A stretch of 59,064 nt of DNA from Octopus bimaculoides (lineage: Eukaryota), in assembly GCF_001194135.2 (NCBI RefSeq), contig NC_068983.1, forward strand, positions 19,162,407 to 19,221,470, given 5' to 3'. Every line of letters begins with the position of its first letter. Position 1 is the first letter of the stretch. Positions 26,308-41,569 of this stretch are shown piece by piece. The notes under the pieces are model-generated. The model was not told the DNA's origin. It saw only the letters and a list, made by a program, of their open reading frames with translations, and made no database searches. The translations under genes and the position numbers were made by a program.

Positions 26308-26405
26308 TATGTATGTATGTATGTATGTATGTATGTATGTATGGTATATGCTTATGTATGTGCGTATGTATGTGTGTATGTATGTGTGTATGTATGTGTG
26401 TATGT
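26308..26405. repeat. (TATG)n microsatellite
   Basis: Direct reading. Confidence 0.9.
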
Positions 26406-27703
26406 ATTTATTGATGTACATATTCAATATAGTTTTTTCTATGCTGCTTCTTTGTGAGTCTCACCTGAATGGAGAGTGTCTTTTTTATTTTTATTGGCGT
26501 AGCCTCTTTCAAAGTATCATTATTAAGAACCGTTTGGAAATATTATCAGCATTTATTCTAAAGTGATCCATGAAATTTGTAGTTTAGCTATTGCTCTAAT
26601 CGATAAATTCAGCTGAGATTACTAATGTACAAAACAATTCTATTTATTTCTGTGTAGTCAATAGAATTAATAATTTATGCGTAGCAAATTTATAAATTGA
26701 CAATATCTTCAATTTTAACATCGTTTGGCAATCTTCTTCTGCTCAAAAATGTATGAAGGTATTGATATACACTTGTTTTTCAAAAGCTAATTTATATTCA
26801 ATGCTCTAGTTAATTAGATGATCTAAAGCACGTCATCAAATGTTTGTTGTAATAATAAACAAATAAACACGAATGTTGTTTCTATTCATGCTATTTGGAG
26901 TGTTATATCTCTATAAAACAAAGTGTGCTCCTAAAAGGTTTCTGAGCCTTTATTTCTATCTTACTGTTTCGGCTCATGTTCGTTTGATGTAACTTTTATG
27001 AAAAGTGAAGTTCTTGAACAGAAAAAAAAAACTGATTGAAAAATGTTTATTTCATTATTTTTTTCTAAACTATTTTTCCTGATATTTTCCATCGTTGCAT
27101 TTTCTATTAATTTCTTGATTTATTTTCATGTTTTGCTTTGAAATCCATGGTTTCCACACAGAAGCAGATGTAAGGCACTCTTTAATGTTGAACATTAACA
27201 AGTCTTTGATTTTCTCTTCAATGCAAGTCTTCATTTTGGCGTTCGCTTCAAAATGTTAATACAATTATTAAAAGTTGAACTAACTATATAAAATGCTAGA
27301 AATCTGTTTCTATTAGCAAAAATGAAATAAATTCTCTTTAATAGAATTTTATGGATTTCTCTATAGGATAGGGTCACTTTAAGATTTATATCGCGTACTG
27401 ATAGCTCCCAATAAATAGAAACCACCATTATATATAACGAAATTACATCAGCTGAAACAAATAATTCAAAGGATATTACATTATTAACTATCTCCGTGCA
27501 GGTGAAATATAAAAAATGAAGTAAAAACATAATTATTTGACTATTATCACTTAGTGGTATAAATCCAAGAGAATTACTGAATATGGACGAAAAGTGAATC
27601 AAAATGCATGCCGAAACGACAGTGTATAAAAGTGCCATTTAAATAGTGAACAGGTTTTGTTATATAGTTAGAGAATCAACAGATATTATTTCTCTGAGAT
27701 TTT

Positions 27704-27920
27704 CAGGCGCGAGTTAACTGAATCGTTAGCACGCCGGACTAAATGCTTTCCAGCGTTTAGCCAGGCTTTTATTTCTGAATTCATATTCAACCGGAGTCGG
27801 CTTTTCCTGTCTTTCTTTCCGAGGGTGAGGCGTTATAATAAACACCAGTTGAACACTGTTATCGACTTACACCCTCCCCCAAACTTGCTGGCCTTGCGTC
27901 AAAATTAGGAACAAATAATC
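27704..27920 (+). mobile_element. SINE family A, diverged copy
   Basis: gaatcgttagcacgccgg..aaatgctt..ccctcccccaaacttgctggccttg. Confidence 0.65.
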
Positions 27921-28181
27921 TCATTGAGATTTATAGAAAAAAACAGTCATCAGATACATTATTTTCCTCACTACTATTGCTGATGTGTTGTGATGCCAGT
28001 TGTCGGCTTATTGAGGACGTTAATGATATCAGATCCAAATGACTTAATTTGACTCAATGTTGTTATGAGTCTATCTGCCTATCTATATCTACCAATCTGT
28101 ATATACTGAAACAGAGAGAGTGGGAGGGAGAAGGAGATAGAGAGACTGTCAGTATGAAGTACACAAACACACACACTGACA

Positions 28182-28218
<37 letters not shown>

Positions 28219-28289
28219 ACACACACACACGTATATATATGTGTACGTATGTATGTAAATGTATATTAAATCATGTTCACTGTTTAGAG

Positions 28290-28495
28290 CAAGGCTTCCC
28301 AACCGGTGGTTCCCGACCCCCTGGGGGTAGGGGTCGCGAACTCTTAGCAGGGGGATCATGTAGCCTTCATAGAAATAGCTTGGGATAATTTTAATTTCAA
28401 CTCATCGATTACATTTCTTATGCACTGCTGATCGGTCGCGTGGTTTCAAGCTTTTGATTAACGGGTCGCGATTGCAAAACCGTTGGGAACCGCTG
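28290..28495. mobile_element. hAT (Charlie-like) MITE, 206 bp
   Basis: TIRs caaggcttcccaac and gttgggaaccgctg (11/14); 8-bp TSD gtttagag (28282-28289) and gtttaggg (28496-28503). Confidence 0.85.
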
Positions 28496-31439
28496 GTTTA
28501 GGGAAGCCTTTACTGTACTGTCTAAATCACCCGAGGAGAAAGCATTATTAAGGGCATTTAGGAAAGAATATAGGGTTGTTTCGTACATTAGAATGATTAT
28601 TATGACGTGTGGAGAAAGAAGGTAATGGATCTATAAATAGGAGAAAGTCGGGGATAACCCAACCCTAGAGACGGCCGGAGTTGATTGAAAATAGGACAGA
28701 AATAGCGCTATCAACATATGCGCTACTGGTAAAGTATGCTGAAAATCATTTGATACAGTGAAGGGGTTTGCAAAAATTTGATTAATTTACATGTCATATA
28801 GAGTCGGCGTTTTGTTTTCTATAGCAAGAATATTCTTGTTGCGCAACTTTTCTGAAAGAAAACCATGCAGGTGAGTGATATAACACACGAGAAAGTACAT
28901 CCTTGGTGAGTCTCTGTATAAGTGATTCACATAAAAGTACACATTGTGCATTTGAGCACCCTATCTGTTTTCAATTTGTACATTCATATTCATTGTTTAG
29001 CTAAGGTTGATAAAGGAAACTGATGCGTAATCTTTTCTCAGGTCAGGGAGACGATATAACAGGTGTTGCGTAAATAAACGAAATCCAGCTTCGAGGCAGA
29101 TTACATCTGGCGGAGGAACTCCCTGAGCAGTAGTGAACTGGAGATGTTTTGCTACATTATGCAGACACCATATATCCTTGGGATGCTTTTGGATGTGGTC
29201 TTCCTAGTAAACAATTCAATTCCTCTGTACACGAAGCCTCAGCTGTGGGAATGGATGAAAAATATAAGAGAAATTATTTCGATGAAAGATACTCGTTCTA
29301 ATTTAGATATCGTACGATTGGTTATAACGGTTTTCTTTGTTTGTAATAACGATTGATGATAAAATCACTTTCATATGACAAACTTTGAATTAGATCGAAA
29401 GTGGCATCAACAATTTGTGGAACAATTTGTGTACAACTTATACAAAATACATTACTTACCTTTTATCGCGATTTTCTCAGTCCATTTTGTTTAATATCAG
29501 TTGCTTTATAGCATATTTCCCATTAGTTTTGCTCTCTTTTGCATGAGAACTTATTTACCAGATCTAGAATGATACCTTTCAAACATAACCAAATAACTAT
29601 TTTCGTAAGTTGAGTTCCTTTCAAAGTACTTTGCTTGGAGGACATGTAACTTCACCTATTATTATATATCATTATTGGTGTGCTAATTTACTTTCACATC
29701 TATCAATTGATTTTGATGTCTTACTCGCTGAGGCTTTAATTTGTGCTATTTTCCGTCCTCCATCAATTATGAACTCTCTGTTTCTCTTAAGTCAAGATGT
29801 ATCATTGTAATGCGTGTGAAATAGCTAACTGGAAAGTATAACTAAGCAATTTTCGCATTTGAATTTTAATTCAACATTACTTAATTACGAGATGCGGAAA
29901 TATAAATAGCATGACATGGATTGCACACTGACCTATTTTTTATTGTTCAATTTAACACAACATTTTAGGAAACTAAACCCGAATAATGTCACTTCAAACA
30001 GCAAAACTTTCTTCTTCAATATATTTTATTAACGATTCACTTGTATTACTTCAATTATCCCTTGAATAGTTCTCTAGGCTTTTCGGAATTAAGTCGTTGA
30101 AAACATCGAAACCGTTTCCAAGACGATTTTATATCATTTGAATGAATTTTTCATTTACTTTCACCGTAAATAATTATTTTCAATATGTTTTATGCACCTT
30201 TTAAAAAGAAGGGTAAATTATTTTTCTGAATTTTATTCTTCACTTCTTAGATCAGTTTTAAATTCATACATACATATCTATATGTGTGTATGTGTACGTT
30301 TGCGTGTGTGTATGTATGTATATAAATATATATAGAAAGATAGATAGATACATACGTAGGTTCATATAGATACATGTATACATAACATACAGATAAATTT
30401 ATANNNNNNNNNNNNNNNNNNNNNNNNNNNNNNNNNNNNNNNNNNNNNNNNNNNNNNNNNNNNNNNNNNNNNNNNNNNNNNNNNNNNNNNNNNNNNNNNN
30501 NNNNNNNNNNNNNNNNNNNNNNNNNNNNNNNNNNNNNNNNNNNNNNNNNNNNNNNNNNNNNNNNNNNNNNNNNNNCATGTACATATAAAAACATATGTAT
30601 GTATGCATGTATGTATGTATATATGTGTATATAAATATACTAATTTTTAAATGTATTTTGATAATTTCACGAAACGTTGTACATATAATCATTAACGAGT
30701 CTGGTTTTAAAATAAATTAATCGTTTATATAATTAACGACTTAATGATTAATATATCAGTACGATACTATCGAAATGAATATTTCATATGTGAAGAGAAA
30801 TGATAATGTCCTTTGTTAATTGATGCAATATTTGGTGTGGATTATTTATATTTTTTTCTTGATTTGGTGTAGCCGATGATATTTTAATTACGATTCATAA
30901 TATTTTGGCAGCTATGTTTTTTCACTGATTTGCACTGTTGTAGCCCACATAAATATTTGACTTCACTGAATTTTCCTTAGACATAGTACGTATATTTTAA
31001 CTGCTCTATAAATAAAAAAAAAATTTCTTATGCATTTGTTCATTGAAAATCTATGAATTATCATCTGAAGGTACACATGTTTACACAATTTTCTGTTCCC
31101 GAACGATATGAAATTAGATAGAAACATGTGGTTTAGGAAAAGAGATTTGGGAACATTTTAATTTTATTTCCAAATACAATTCTCGGGAAAAGGACATCAG
31201 CCTATAGCATATTTTCAGAATGTATGTCACACTAATAAAATGCAGCATTTACACTGTAGCAACTGTGCCCATCATTTCCAGTATTCCAAGTATGGACACC
31301 TGGTGTTCCATAAAGAATGGCATGCATTCTGTTACATTATGTATGTACGTATATATTTATACAGCAATGCATTTGGTATTGCTTGCAACAGTTTTTGACA
31401 AACACTAGGATTAACAGAAACAACATAATTGCGTTTCTA

Positions 31440-31690
31440 TCTGTGTGTATTTCGTTGCTAGAGTGTCTTTCACCCTAACACCTCTTCTTCGCGCACATTG
31501 CTCGTTCAAATACGCGCCAATAGCATTACGGTTCTGCAAAAGCAACTGATAGAATAAGTACTGCTTAACAAAAACGTTAAACAAATCATCGGGGTCGATT
31601 TGCATGAGTAAAACACTTCAAAGCGATACTTCAGAATACCCACTGTCCAGTGACTGCAGCAATGAGACGATAAAATATGCGTTATGATGT
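31440..31690 (+). mobile_element. SINE family B 3' remnant
   Basis: cggttctgcaaaagcaactgatagaataagtact..ggggtcgatttg. Confidence 0.6.
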
Positions 31691-33977
31691 ATTCCAATAT
31701 CATGCTGATGTGTGACCCGCCGGGAATTTATCTCCGTATTGCTGCAAGGAATTCAGATCCACACACAACATAATCATTACCCATGAAAATGAATCGTACT
31801 GGAAATAAGTATATCTGTTTTGGGTTGTTTGTTGCTTTACAATTATAAGTTTCGAGGCAACAATCTGACTCCATATTTCAATTGTAAGGAGGTACACGTT
31901 TCATTTCTAAAAGAAATAATGATTGTAATGTTCGTTGGCTACAAGCCTTTAGCTGTTTAATTGCTAGTTATAGTCCACATGTAATATCTAGATACCTGTA
32001 TTTGTGTTTCTGTTTATGTATATTTACGATGGAACATTGTGATGTTGTCGTCTCCCAAATATATTCTAGGCATTGGTCTGTATGTGTATGCGTAGTGACA
32101 ACACGTTTTCAAATGCGTCTTTCGGAGATGCAATTATAACCAAAGATTACATATATATTTTTTAAAGGCAATGATTGTTATTTTAGCAACATCTGTGGAA
32201 TAGGCTTAGTTGTATGTGCTAAGATCAACAAATATAACACATACCTAAACTTTTCTAATCATGCAGTCTATAGAATAAAGAATATTCACAATCATAATTT
32301 CGTACAAAATGCAGATTCTGAATAGCAAATTCAACATAAATCAATAATTTAAAAATAAACTCACACATCCAAAACCAGAATAATATATTGCAGAGACTGA
32401 AACCTTTTTTTGGTTTTTGCTTTTCAAAAATATTTCATTTAAATTACATTTAGCGTTATTTCACGTGTTACTAGCATTATGTAAATTTCCAGCATATATT
32501 TAAATAATTGACATCGAAATAGTACAATAAAACATTAACCTGATGCCGCAGCGAAGTAATACTTTCGACATTTACCATGTGCAAATTATTTTATTATACT
32601 GAAAAATGTCACATTTCTACTAATCAATAATCTACAACCTCTAGCTAAAAAGAAAAAAAAGATATATGTCCCCAGATTTAATTCTATAACTGCGGTTAAT
32701 AAATATCTGTACATTCCGACTATGTATTAATACTACTAACGCACTCAATTTGAGAAAATATTTATCTCACTTAATAATCTACATTTTGACAAATATCTAG
32801 CAAATTGCATTGAAACATAGCGATCTATAAAGAAGGTCAGTATAAAATACTGTCTTTACTTTTGATCACATTTCTTCACTCACTGATACCAATCTATTGT
32901 AACACAAGACACGATATACACTGCAACGCGGTACTATTTTGTAATCTAACCTAGGTGACTTTGTGCAAGAATTTGTAATTGCTCACTGTTTAGGACATAC
33001 TACAAAATTCTATTCAAGTGTATCAACGGACTGGTCAATCTACGAATTATTAAAGCGTCTAGCCGATACATTTCTACCTCTGCCTTAACCGAAAACTAAA
33101 CCAATCCAAAATACCCCCTCTACGTGCACGTATCACTGGTCAATGCTGTTTTCATTCTCTTGCCTTTCGAGTCCACGATCGATATAGCTTATTGATTTCA
33201 ATGTATCGATGCATGAGTGTATGTAGAAAACATTTTATCCATGCCTCTGTCTATGACGTAATGTTTAGATTGCATAACTTCTTGGCTGCTAACGCATTTA
33301 AAAATAAATTTATATGTACATACATAATGTTTCAAGTGATTTTAATTCTAAACAATTAAACAAATCCAAAAGACATTCAATATCATACAAGCATGTCTTT
33401 AAGTGCTACCAATATAAATATTATCAACATTAATAATGAATTTCAAAAATCTGTCAGTTACAAAATTACCGTAACAATGCATATATCTATTTTATATGTA
33501 ACAAATTAGCTGTCATATTATAGAATAACTCACTAGAGTAAATATTATTAATTACTTCTAAATTTTATGAAGAGGGCATGAATTTTCCATTACGGTTTTG
33601 TCATGGATTAGGTCAATATATGGAACTACTTTATTACAAAGAAAAGGGTAAATAACTAAGAAAAGTAACACATGGATATAATATGAATATCATGGGAATA
33701 AATCTCGATTGAATATTTCTACATGTGGTAATCACATCAGCACTTATCAAAATGAAATTTATCTAAATGCTTTCTTAACTGCCAGGTCAAGTAAATAACA
33801 GTAATGATTCGCAGTTTAACGAAAAATGTTGCATTTTAATATGCTTACGAATAATTTATCTATCTTATATTTAGCAATATATCTCTTCATTTGTATATAT
33901 GCGTGAGAGTGTGCGCATGTGTGTGTGTGTGTATACAAACGCACAGAAACACACACACACATGCTCACACATATAAC

Positions 33978-34008
<31 letters not shown>

Positions 34009-34603
34009 CATATACATGGACATATATATGTATACACACACACACACACAGACACACACACACACACACACATACATAACATTTAGCAGATTCATGACAA
34101 ATGGAGATATTCAAGATGTTCATCTTAAGAAATTTCTGTTCAAATAGTTTACATAACTTAAATATACTTTCTTACCTATCAATAATTATATATGTATATG
34201 AACACATATGTACCCATATGTATTATCAAATCCCGATGATTATGCAGCTATATATTTGATACGAGCGAATATACCAGTATGAGTGCGTGCACGCACTTCA
34301 GCGGGTGTGTACGTGTATTTCAGTTTTTATCAACTGAGGGAGAGAGAGTGGGTGTATGAGAGAAGGAGAAGTCGTGTATGTGTGAGAGAGAAAGAGGGTG
34401 TTTGTGTGTAAGTGTGTGTGTGTGAGAGAGAGAGACAGCGAGAGAGAAAGAGATGGGGAGAGGATGAATTAAGGAAAAAATACAAATTAAAATAATAATG
34501 GAAAGAGACATGCACATAATCTCACTGAATCACTCCTACTAACCACAATATACGAGCATACACCCTAAAACGCACTTTCACTCATACGCATACGTCTATA
34601 TAA

Positions 34604-34657
<54 letters not shown>

Positions 34658-34846
34658 GAGTGTGTGTGTGTGTATATGCATGTTTATATTTACACATATG
34701 TATGAATGCACATATATGTATATATATACACATTTGTATATNNNNNNNNNNNNNNNNNNNNNNNNNNNNNNNNNNNNNNNNNNNNNNNNNNNNNNNNNNN
34801 NNNNNNNNNNNNNNNNNNNNNNNNNNNNNNNNNNNNNNNNNNNNNN

Positions 34847-34890
<44 letters not shown>

Positions 34891-35285
34891 TATTCTATAT
34901 ACGTATTGCTTATGCGCGCGTCGAGTATGTACGAATAAATACAGAACAATTTCAATAAAAGTAAAATATTACGAAATATATTATGTAGATTTGAAGAAAA
35001 ACAGCTATTATATTTGAAGTATGCATGCGTGTACCTAAATTTAATCAAATTTAGCGTATGATGCATTATGAGAATATAAAAGATAAGAATGAAATCAGAG
35101 AAGCAGACAATCAAATAGATTTATATGACATAACTTCTATCGCTATATGATAAACACACACGCTCACACACAGACACACATATAGATATGAATGTGTATT
35201 TATGTATGTACGTATGTATATATATATATGAATATGTATGTATCTATGTGTTTTAGGCGTGCATTTGTGTACGCATATGTGATTT

Positions 35286-35322
<37 letters not shown>

Positions 35323-35788
35323 CGTGTGTGTGTATGGGAGGGGATGTGCGAGAAGTACTTATCGAATTTGTATTTATTGATTTTGACAGATATATGCAAC
35401 TAGAGTTATTTCATTTTTTTAAAAATATTATTCAGAAGTTCAACTGTATTATGGAAACCTGCAAGTTATAAGAACTCGTAACGAATTTAATAGTAAAGAT
35501 CTCATAAATTCTAAGGCTCTTGACTAAATTGATTTGAGTGGTTGCAATATATGTCAGTCCTTAGATTTACGCAGATCGTATTTCTATCAATAAAGGGAGC
35601 TTAATTGCATAAAATCAATGATGTAGGTGATTCTCTACGAAAGCTCATTTCAATTATTTTCATTTGTGTTTATTTTAGCTCCTCGTATATGCGTAAATAT
35701 GCGATATTTGTATGAGTACAAACACACACACACGCACACACACAAACACACACATATATATATATATATACATATATATAAACATATA

Positions 35789-35830
<42 letters not shown>

Positions 35831-38800
35831 TAGATATGTATGCATATATGTATATATATGTTTATATGTCTATATGCATAAGTTTATATATGTATATATA
35901 TATATATATATATGTGTATATAAATGATTCATGGGTTATTACATTCGGACTTTGTAATTATTCCCTATTGTTGCTATATCGTACTTAAATAACTATATAA
36001 GATTAATTCTATTAGATTAATCTGCAAGTCGAAACTGTGTTGAATGGTGCTAAAATATGTAGTTGTGTGCACTTGTATGCAATTCGCTTTGCACGTTTCT
36101 TTTCGTGGTCGATGTGTATGACTTTCCCTTTATGTGGTCGGTTTCAAGAAAATGATTTTTCTTGTTTGCAAACGGAATCCATCGTACAAGTACAAGCATA
36201 GGTTTATTATAGGTTCTAACGTTTGCCTGTATTTGTGTGTGCATTCGGTTTGCGCTCAAGTGGGAGCCAGTGTGAGTGGTCAAGACGGTTCCTATTTATG
36301 TATTCGTCATTGCTTTTTTCTAATTATATATCATCGTCCTCTTGTTTACAATATCTGTTGTTTCTGCGAATATAAAGAAATTTGAAAAAAATATATATAG
36401 AAATGCCTTGTGAAATGGAAATTTTATTAGTTAATAGGGACTTCAGAAACATTCACTGCTGTAATAACTCGAGCAACTATTGCGCACACGCTCTGAACTA
36501 TTGTTCAGAATGCTAGGCAATTCTTTTAAATCAGACATTAGAAATTTCTAGACGATAGTCAGAGGTAGCGGCTCATTGCTCGCTGCCCCGGAATGTACAA
36601 ATGATAGATTATCGGGAAAGATGTTAATTCATTACGGCCGTTTCAAGCGGCTCCATTTAATTGATTAATGAAAACATTACATCAATTTGGAAGAAACCGT
36701 TTTTCATCAGATGGATGCATAGACTTCAAACATGAAGTATAAAACATTTTTTTAGCAACTCCATGTGTATAACAGAAACTAAAATATTTACATTGTTTCC
36801 TTTTGTTATAACTGTGGCAGAAGAAGTTTAGAAAATAATGGATACCTTGTTACGCCTATTATAATTTAGAGAGTAGCAGATGGAATAGTGGGGCACAGGA
36901 TAAAAAGTGTGGTGACACAGCTTTATGTAGTATGTAGCCTTCAACCATTTACAATTAAATCCATTGGGAATTGTCAACTGTATTCTAGATAATGGTGGTA
37001 AATCAATTAATGCCAGATAATCTACTCGGCTCCCAATGTACTGGGAACATATATCTAGCTTTATCTACATAAAACGGTAGGCTTAGAGGCTGGTAATAAG
37101 AAAATGTCCGATGAAGAAGGGGAGGTAATGGAAGGAAGGTGGATAGGGGTGGGCAATGCTTATTATCAACACAATAAAGTGGAATATAATGAAAAAACAA
37201 AAAAGTAATATAAACTTTAGGCGTGCAGTTTAGAATTGAGGGAAACATGAGATAGTAATTTATAATTTAGAAAACTTACAATATGAAATTGAGAATATTT
37301 AAATCAAAATATAGAACAACTTAAAGCCCAAACATGGGATAGCTTAATATATAAGAAAAAAAAATATTAAGAATATTCTAAGCATATTGTTTAGAAGGCC
37401 ATGATAAAGACATTTTAAAATGAATGTATAAAGGTGTTAGATTGTCATATGGTTAGAAGTACGTAGTATATTTTAGAGCAATAAAAACAGCTGTTCTCTT
37501 CAATATGGGTGGATAAGTATAAGAAATCGTAAACTATGGTTTGGAATATAAGGGGTAATTGAATTAGAGGTACACTAAATGTATAAAGGAGTACATTCGG
37601 AAGCAATCTCTAAACCGGCTTGGGAATGTAAACGTTTATTGAATATTGCATGGGTAAAATATGTTCTAAAATAGGGATTCCCATATCCAGTAAATTATAT
37701 AAAAGGACCTGGTAAAAATATTTATAAATTACAAACTCTAGGAAAGTATAAAAAAGGACATACATATGTATAAAAATACCAAGTATAGATATAAAAAAAA
37801 ATATAAACCCTGTGTACTTCTAAATAAAATATAATATTGTATTATACAGTGAGCTTTATGAAGAGAGATTATAAACTCTCTATCAGCTCTAGAAGCTACA
37901 CAAATGTGTAAGAGAATATACAAATACATAAATTTAATAATATAGAATATAATAAGTATAAAACATTTATAAAATATTACTTTACATAATGATATAAAAG
38001 GTATAACAGATAAAAATAAGGATAAGTCAAAATAAAATAAAATACATTAAGTATTCTTTTATAAATTATGATATAAAATATATTGGGATATTGAAAAAAA
38101 TTCTTATGTTATTATAGATACTATAATAAATAAACATATATGCATCAAATATTAATTGAGGAAAAATTATAAAGATACCTATGGAAATGGCTTTATAAAA
38201 CATTTCCAAAATACATCGAATACACTCATCTAGGTAGAATAATAACAGCTCTTAGAAGTTATACTTTACACTTAGGAGAGGTGCAAGATTTAGTAAGTCA
38301 TATGTTATACTATGAGGGAAGACAATTCTAATATATAATGTAATTATTGAAAGATTACAGAGGAAAAGGGTTATTAGGAAAGAAAAATACATAAATTTCG
38401 AGATAATAGAAGGTATGCTATGAATGATATGACATATTGGATAATTCGTGCTACCAAATCAGAGTATGATATACTTATTATTACCTGCTTTTAAAGTATT
38501 TAAAGGTACGGCTAATCTTATGAACACACCATAATGTAGGATCTAATTTATTATTAATTAGGTTTTGTTTCTCTCTATATTTAAATATTTCACATATATC
38601 CATACAGCGTAGTTCCCATCCATACCGGCTATTTCTGTATGGCTAAGCTCTACTGACAATATCCCATTTTTGACCAAATGTACAATTACTATCTTAGAGT
38701 TCCCAGATTTTCGTAGATAATGAGTTACATTATCTTCACTTAGCTGGGTTGCGTTGTCTACGCACACTCCAAGAATAATGGGTACAAATACCCTTACAGG

Positions 38801-39462
38801 GAGTCTTGAGATTCAATATTCAAATAATTTCCTTGGGGCGTGCAGATTATACTGTAGTAGCAACGTGTATATATGTATGTAAGTATATGTAACGCTATGT
38901 TCATCTCATTCAAAGTATCACTTCGAGTTTTCTATATTTAAGTTACACTCTAAAATACAAGCATTACTTTAATCTTGTAACTTTCATATGTCGTGGTACT
39001 ACGCGACATTGCATTGTGCTGATCTTTATCAGAGATATATTCGTATTGTGCTTGCGAAAAAGCTATTAATAACTGCTGGGTATAGATTCATGTTAAGTTT
39101 CGATTATTGCGTTCTACAACAAAAGAGAAAAAAAAAACAGAAAATTCAGAGGTCGGGTAATTCTGCACTTAATAGTTACATTCGGAATGTGTTAAAGTGA
39201 AGTCCATGGATATGAAATAAAACCTATCAATAACGTTCTCCTTATCCCGGAGTGCAATATTATAGGTAAGTCTTTGTGTAACAAAAATTTATGCCTTGTT
39301 GTAAATACGTGCATTCAAACTGAAACACACACACGCACATACACAAGCTGAAACACACACACTTACACGCAGATATATGTATATGTACATATATACATGC
39401 ATATATATACATGTATATATCTGTAAATATATATATGTACATAAATATATTTATATATATAT

Positions 39463-39503
<41 letters not shown>

Positions 39504-39774
39504 ATGTGCCTGTGGGTGTATGCATAATATACATGCATACATATTCATACATATTTGTATAAGTATATGCACCTGTGTTATTCTGTTGTTACTGTCAAAG
39601 ATAAATGCACTAGATAACATTTAGAGTGATAATATTTACTGATAAATAATACTGAAACAATTTTGTATTACATGAAGATATGGATTACCTATTGCTTCAC
39701 GTTCGAAAATGCTCTGTTTAGCGAGCAACAGAATATCGGAGATTCTGTGTAATATTTAAAATAATGATAATAAT

Positions 39775-39801
39775 AACAACAACAGCAACAACAACAACAA
39801 C

Positions 39802-39859
<58 letters not shown>

Positions 39860-39860
39860 T
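39775..39860. repeat. (CAA)n-(TAA)n microsatellite
   Basis: Direct reading. Confidence 0.95.
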
Positions 39861-40384
39861 TTAAAATGAAATAAATACCTGATAATAATTTTAAATGAAT
39901 AGTATACCACATAACAATATGCATTAAAGTCTGTCTTCGTGTGTATAAAATATATGTATATTGCATATATACATATATAATGTATTATATGGCTATGTAT
40001 TTAAAGATAAGTAATGATATGTAGGTATATTATATATATATATATAATATACCTACATATCTTATCTTTAAATACATCGGCATGAAACANNNNNNNNNNN
40101 NNNNNNNNNNNNNNNNNNNNNNNNNNNNNNNNNNNNNNNNNNNNNNNNNNNNNNNNNNNNNNNNNNNNNNNNNNNNNNNNNNNNNNNNNNNNNNNNNNNN
40201 NNNNNNNNNNNNNNNNNNNNNNNNNNNNNNNNNNNNNNNNNNNNNNNNNNNNNNNNNNNNNNNNNNNNNNNNNNNNNNNNNNNNNNNNNNNNNNNNNNNN
40301 NNNNNNNNNNNNNNNNNNNNNNNNNNNNNNNNNNNNNNNNNNNNNNNNNNNNNNNNNNNNNNNNNNNNNNNNATATATATATAT

Positions 40385-40960
40385 ATACAATGATAATAAT
40401 ATTAGGGATAAAAATCCCAATTTACAGGTAAGAATTTAATTTTATTTAATTTATGAAAATTAAAATTTAAGTTTCACAATATATAATATAAAAATATATT
40501 CTTTGGAGAAGTGTATTTAAATTTTAGTGTATTTAATTTTTAATTTTTTCCATATCAGACTGTGGATTTTCATGGATGAGTTCTTGAATTGCGGTTCTTT
40601 TCTCGAAATTATATATATATATATAATATACCTACATATCTTATCTTTAAATACATCGGCATGAAACACAACCCACGGATTCTCATCCTATTTACCTAGA
40701 CAGCAGAACCAGTTACCAGCATTCGAAACGTAATTAAGCACCCCAACAATTCATTCCAAAGAAGAAACCCTAACCATGTGCTCCCACAGTTTACCAAGGC
40801 AGCGACACCAGCCTCCCAGCAATCCCAATATAATATGTAATAATAATACTGATTTAATTAATAACAATAATAACGCCAATAATAAAATCTACCAACCAAA
40901 TTACAATAAACATTTTTTAAACCGAGTGGAGAGAAAGAGGGACACACGTGTCTGTTTAAT
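40385..40960 (+). mobile_element. Probable PLE remnant (pLTR-like part plus RT thumb-like fragment)
   Basis: QPTDSHPIYLD at about 40668 resembles PLE KPTD..YL; GATGAG..CTCGAAAT at 40575-40610 resembles a broken hammerhead core. Confidence 0.4.
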
Positions 40961-41377
40961 AACGTAGTTACATACGTATATTTATGTATAGTTGATTTTG
41001 GCTAATATTGTACCTAACGCGGAAAGACACACACACACTATGAGACATACTCGTACACACATACGCTCACAGGTAGATACACAGTCATATACAAAATGTG
41101 ATGTCGTTGTCATCGTGCTTTGAAATGTCCTGTTGACTATAGAAAGATTGTAGCGTGGAAGATCTTTGGAATCCATTCAATAACACACAGAGCCCGTTAC
41201 TTTCACTTAAACATTTAAATTTTATTTGTGTCAAAATATTTTCGTCACTTTGAAACGTGACCTGTTCACTGACATAACTTCGCGCTGCATCTCAGAAAGT
41301 AACAGTTAGTTCATGATACATATATGTGTTTATGTATGTATGTATATATGTATGTATGTAAGTGTAAGTGTGTATGT

Positions 41378-41416
<39 letters not shown>

Positions 41417-41569
41417 AATATACATGTAAATTTATGTTTATGTACTGATATATATATATATATATATATATATAACAGCCAGAATCTGTGAGGGCCAGCT
41501 ACTGAGTCCTAGTTCATCTCATTAGTGGCCGATATCATATCTTTCTCTTTTATGCTGATGTAATCATTA

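Noticed and set aside
37250-38560. Mitochondrial insertion (NUMT)
   Set aside because: No recognisable mitochondrial gene motif in the frames I translated.
40030-40668. About 58-bp exact repeat (40030-40089 and 40610-40668)
   Set aside because: One copy ends at a gap and both start in (TA)n; probably mis-assembly or an allelic duplicate.
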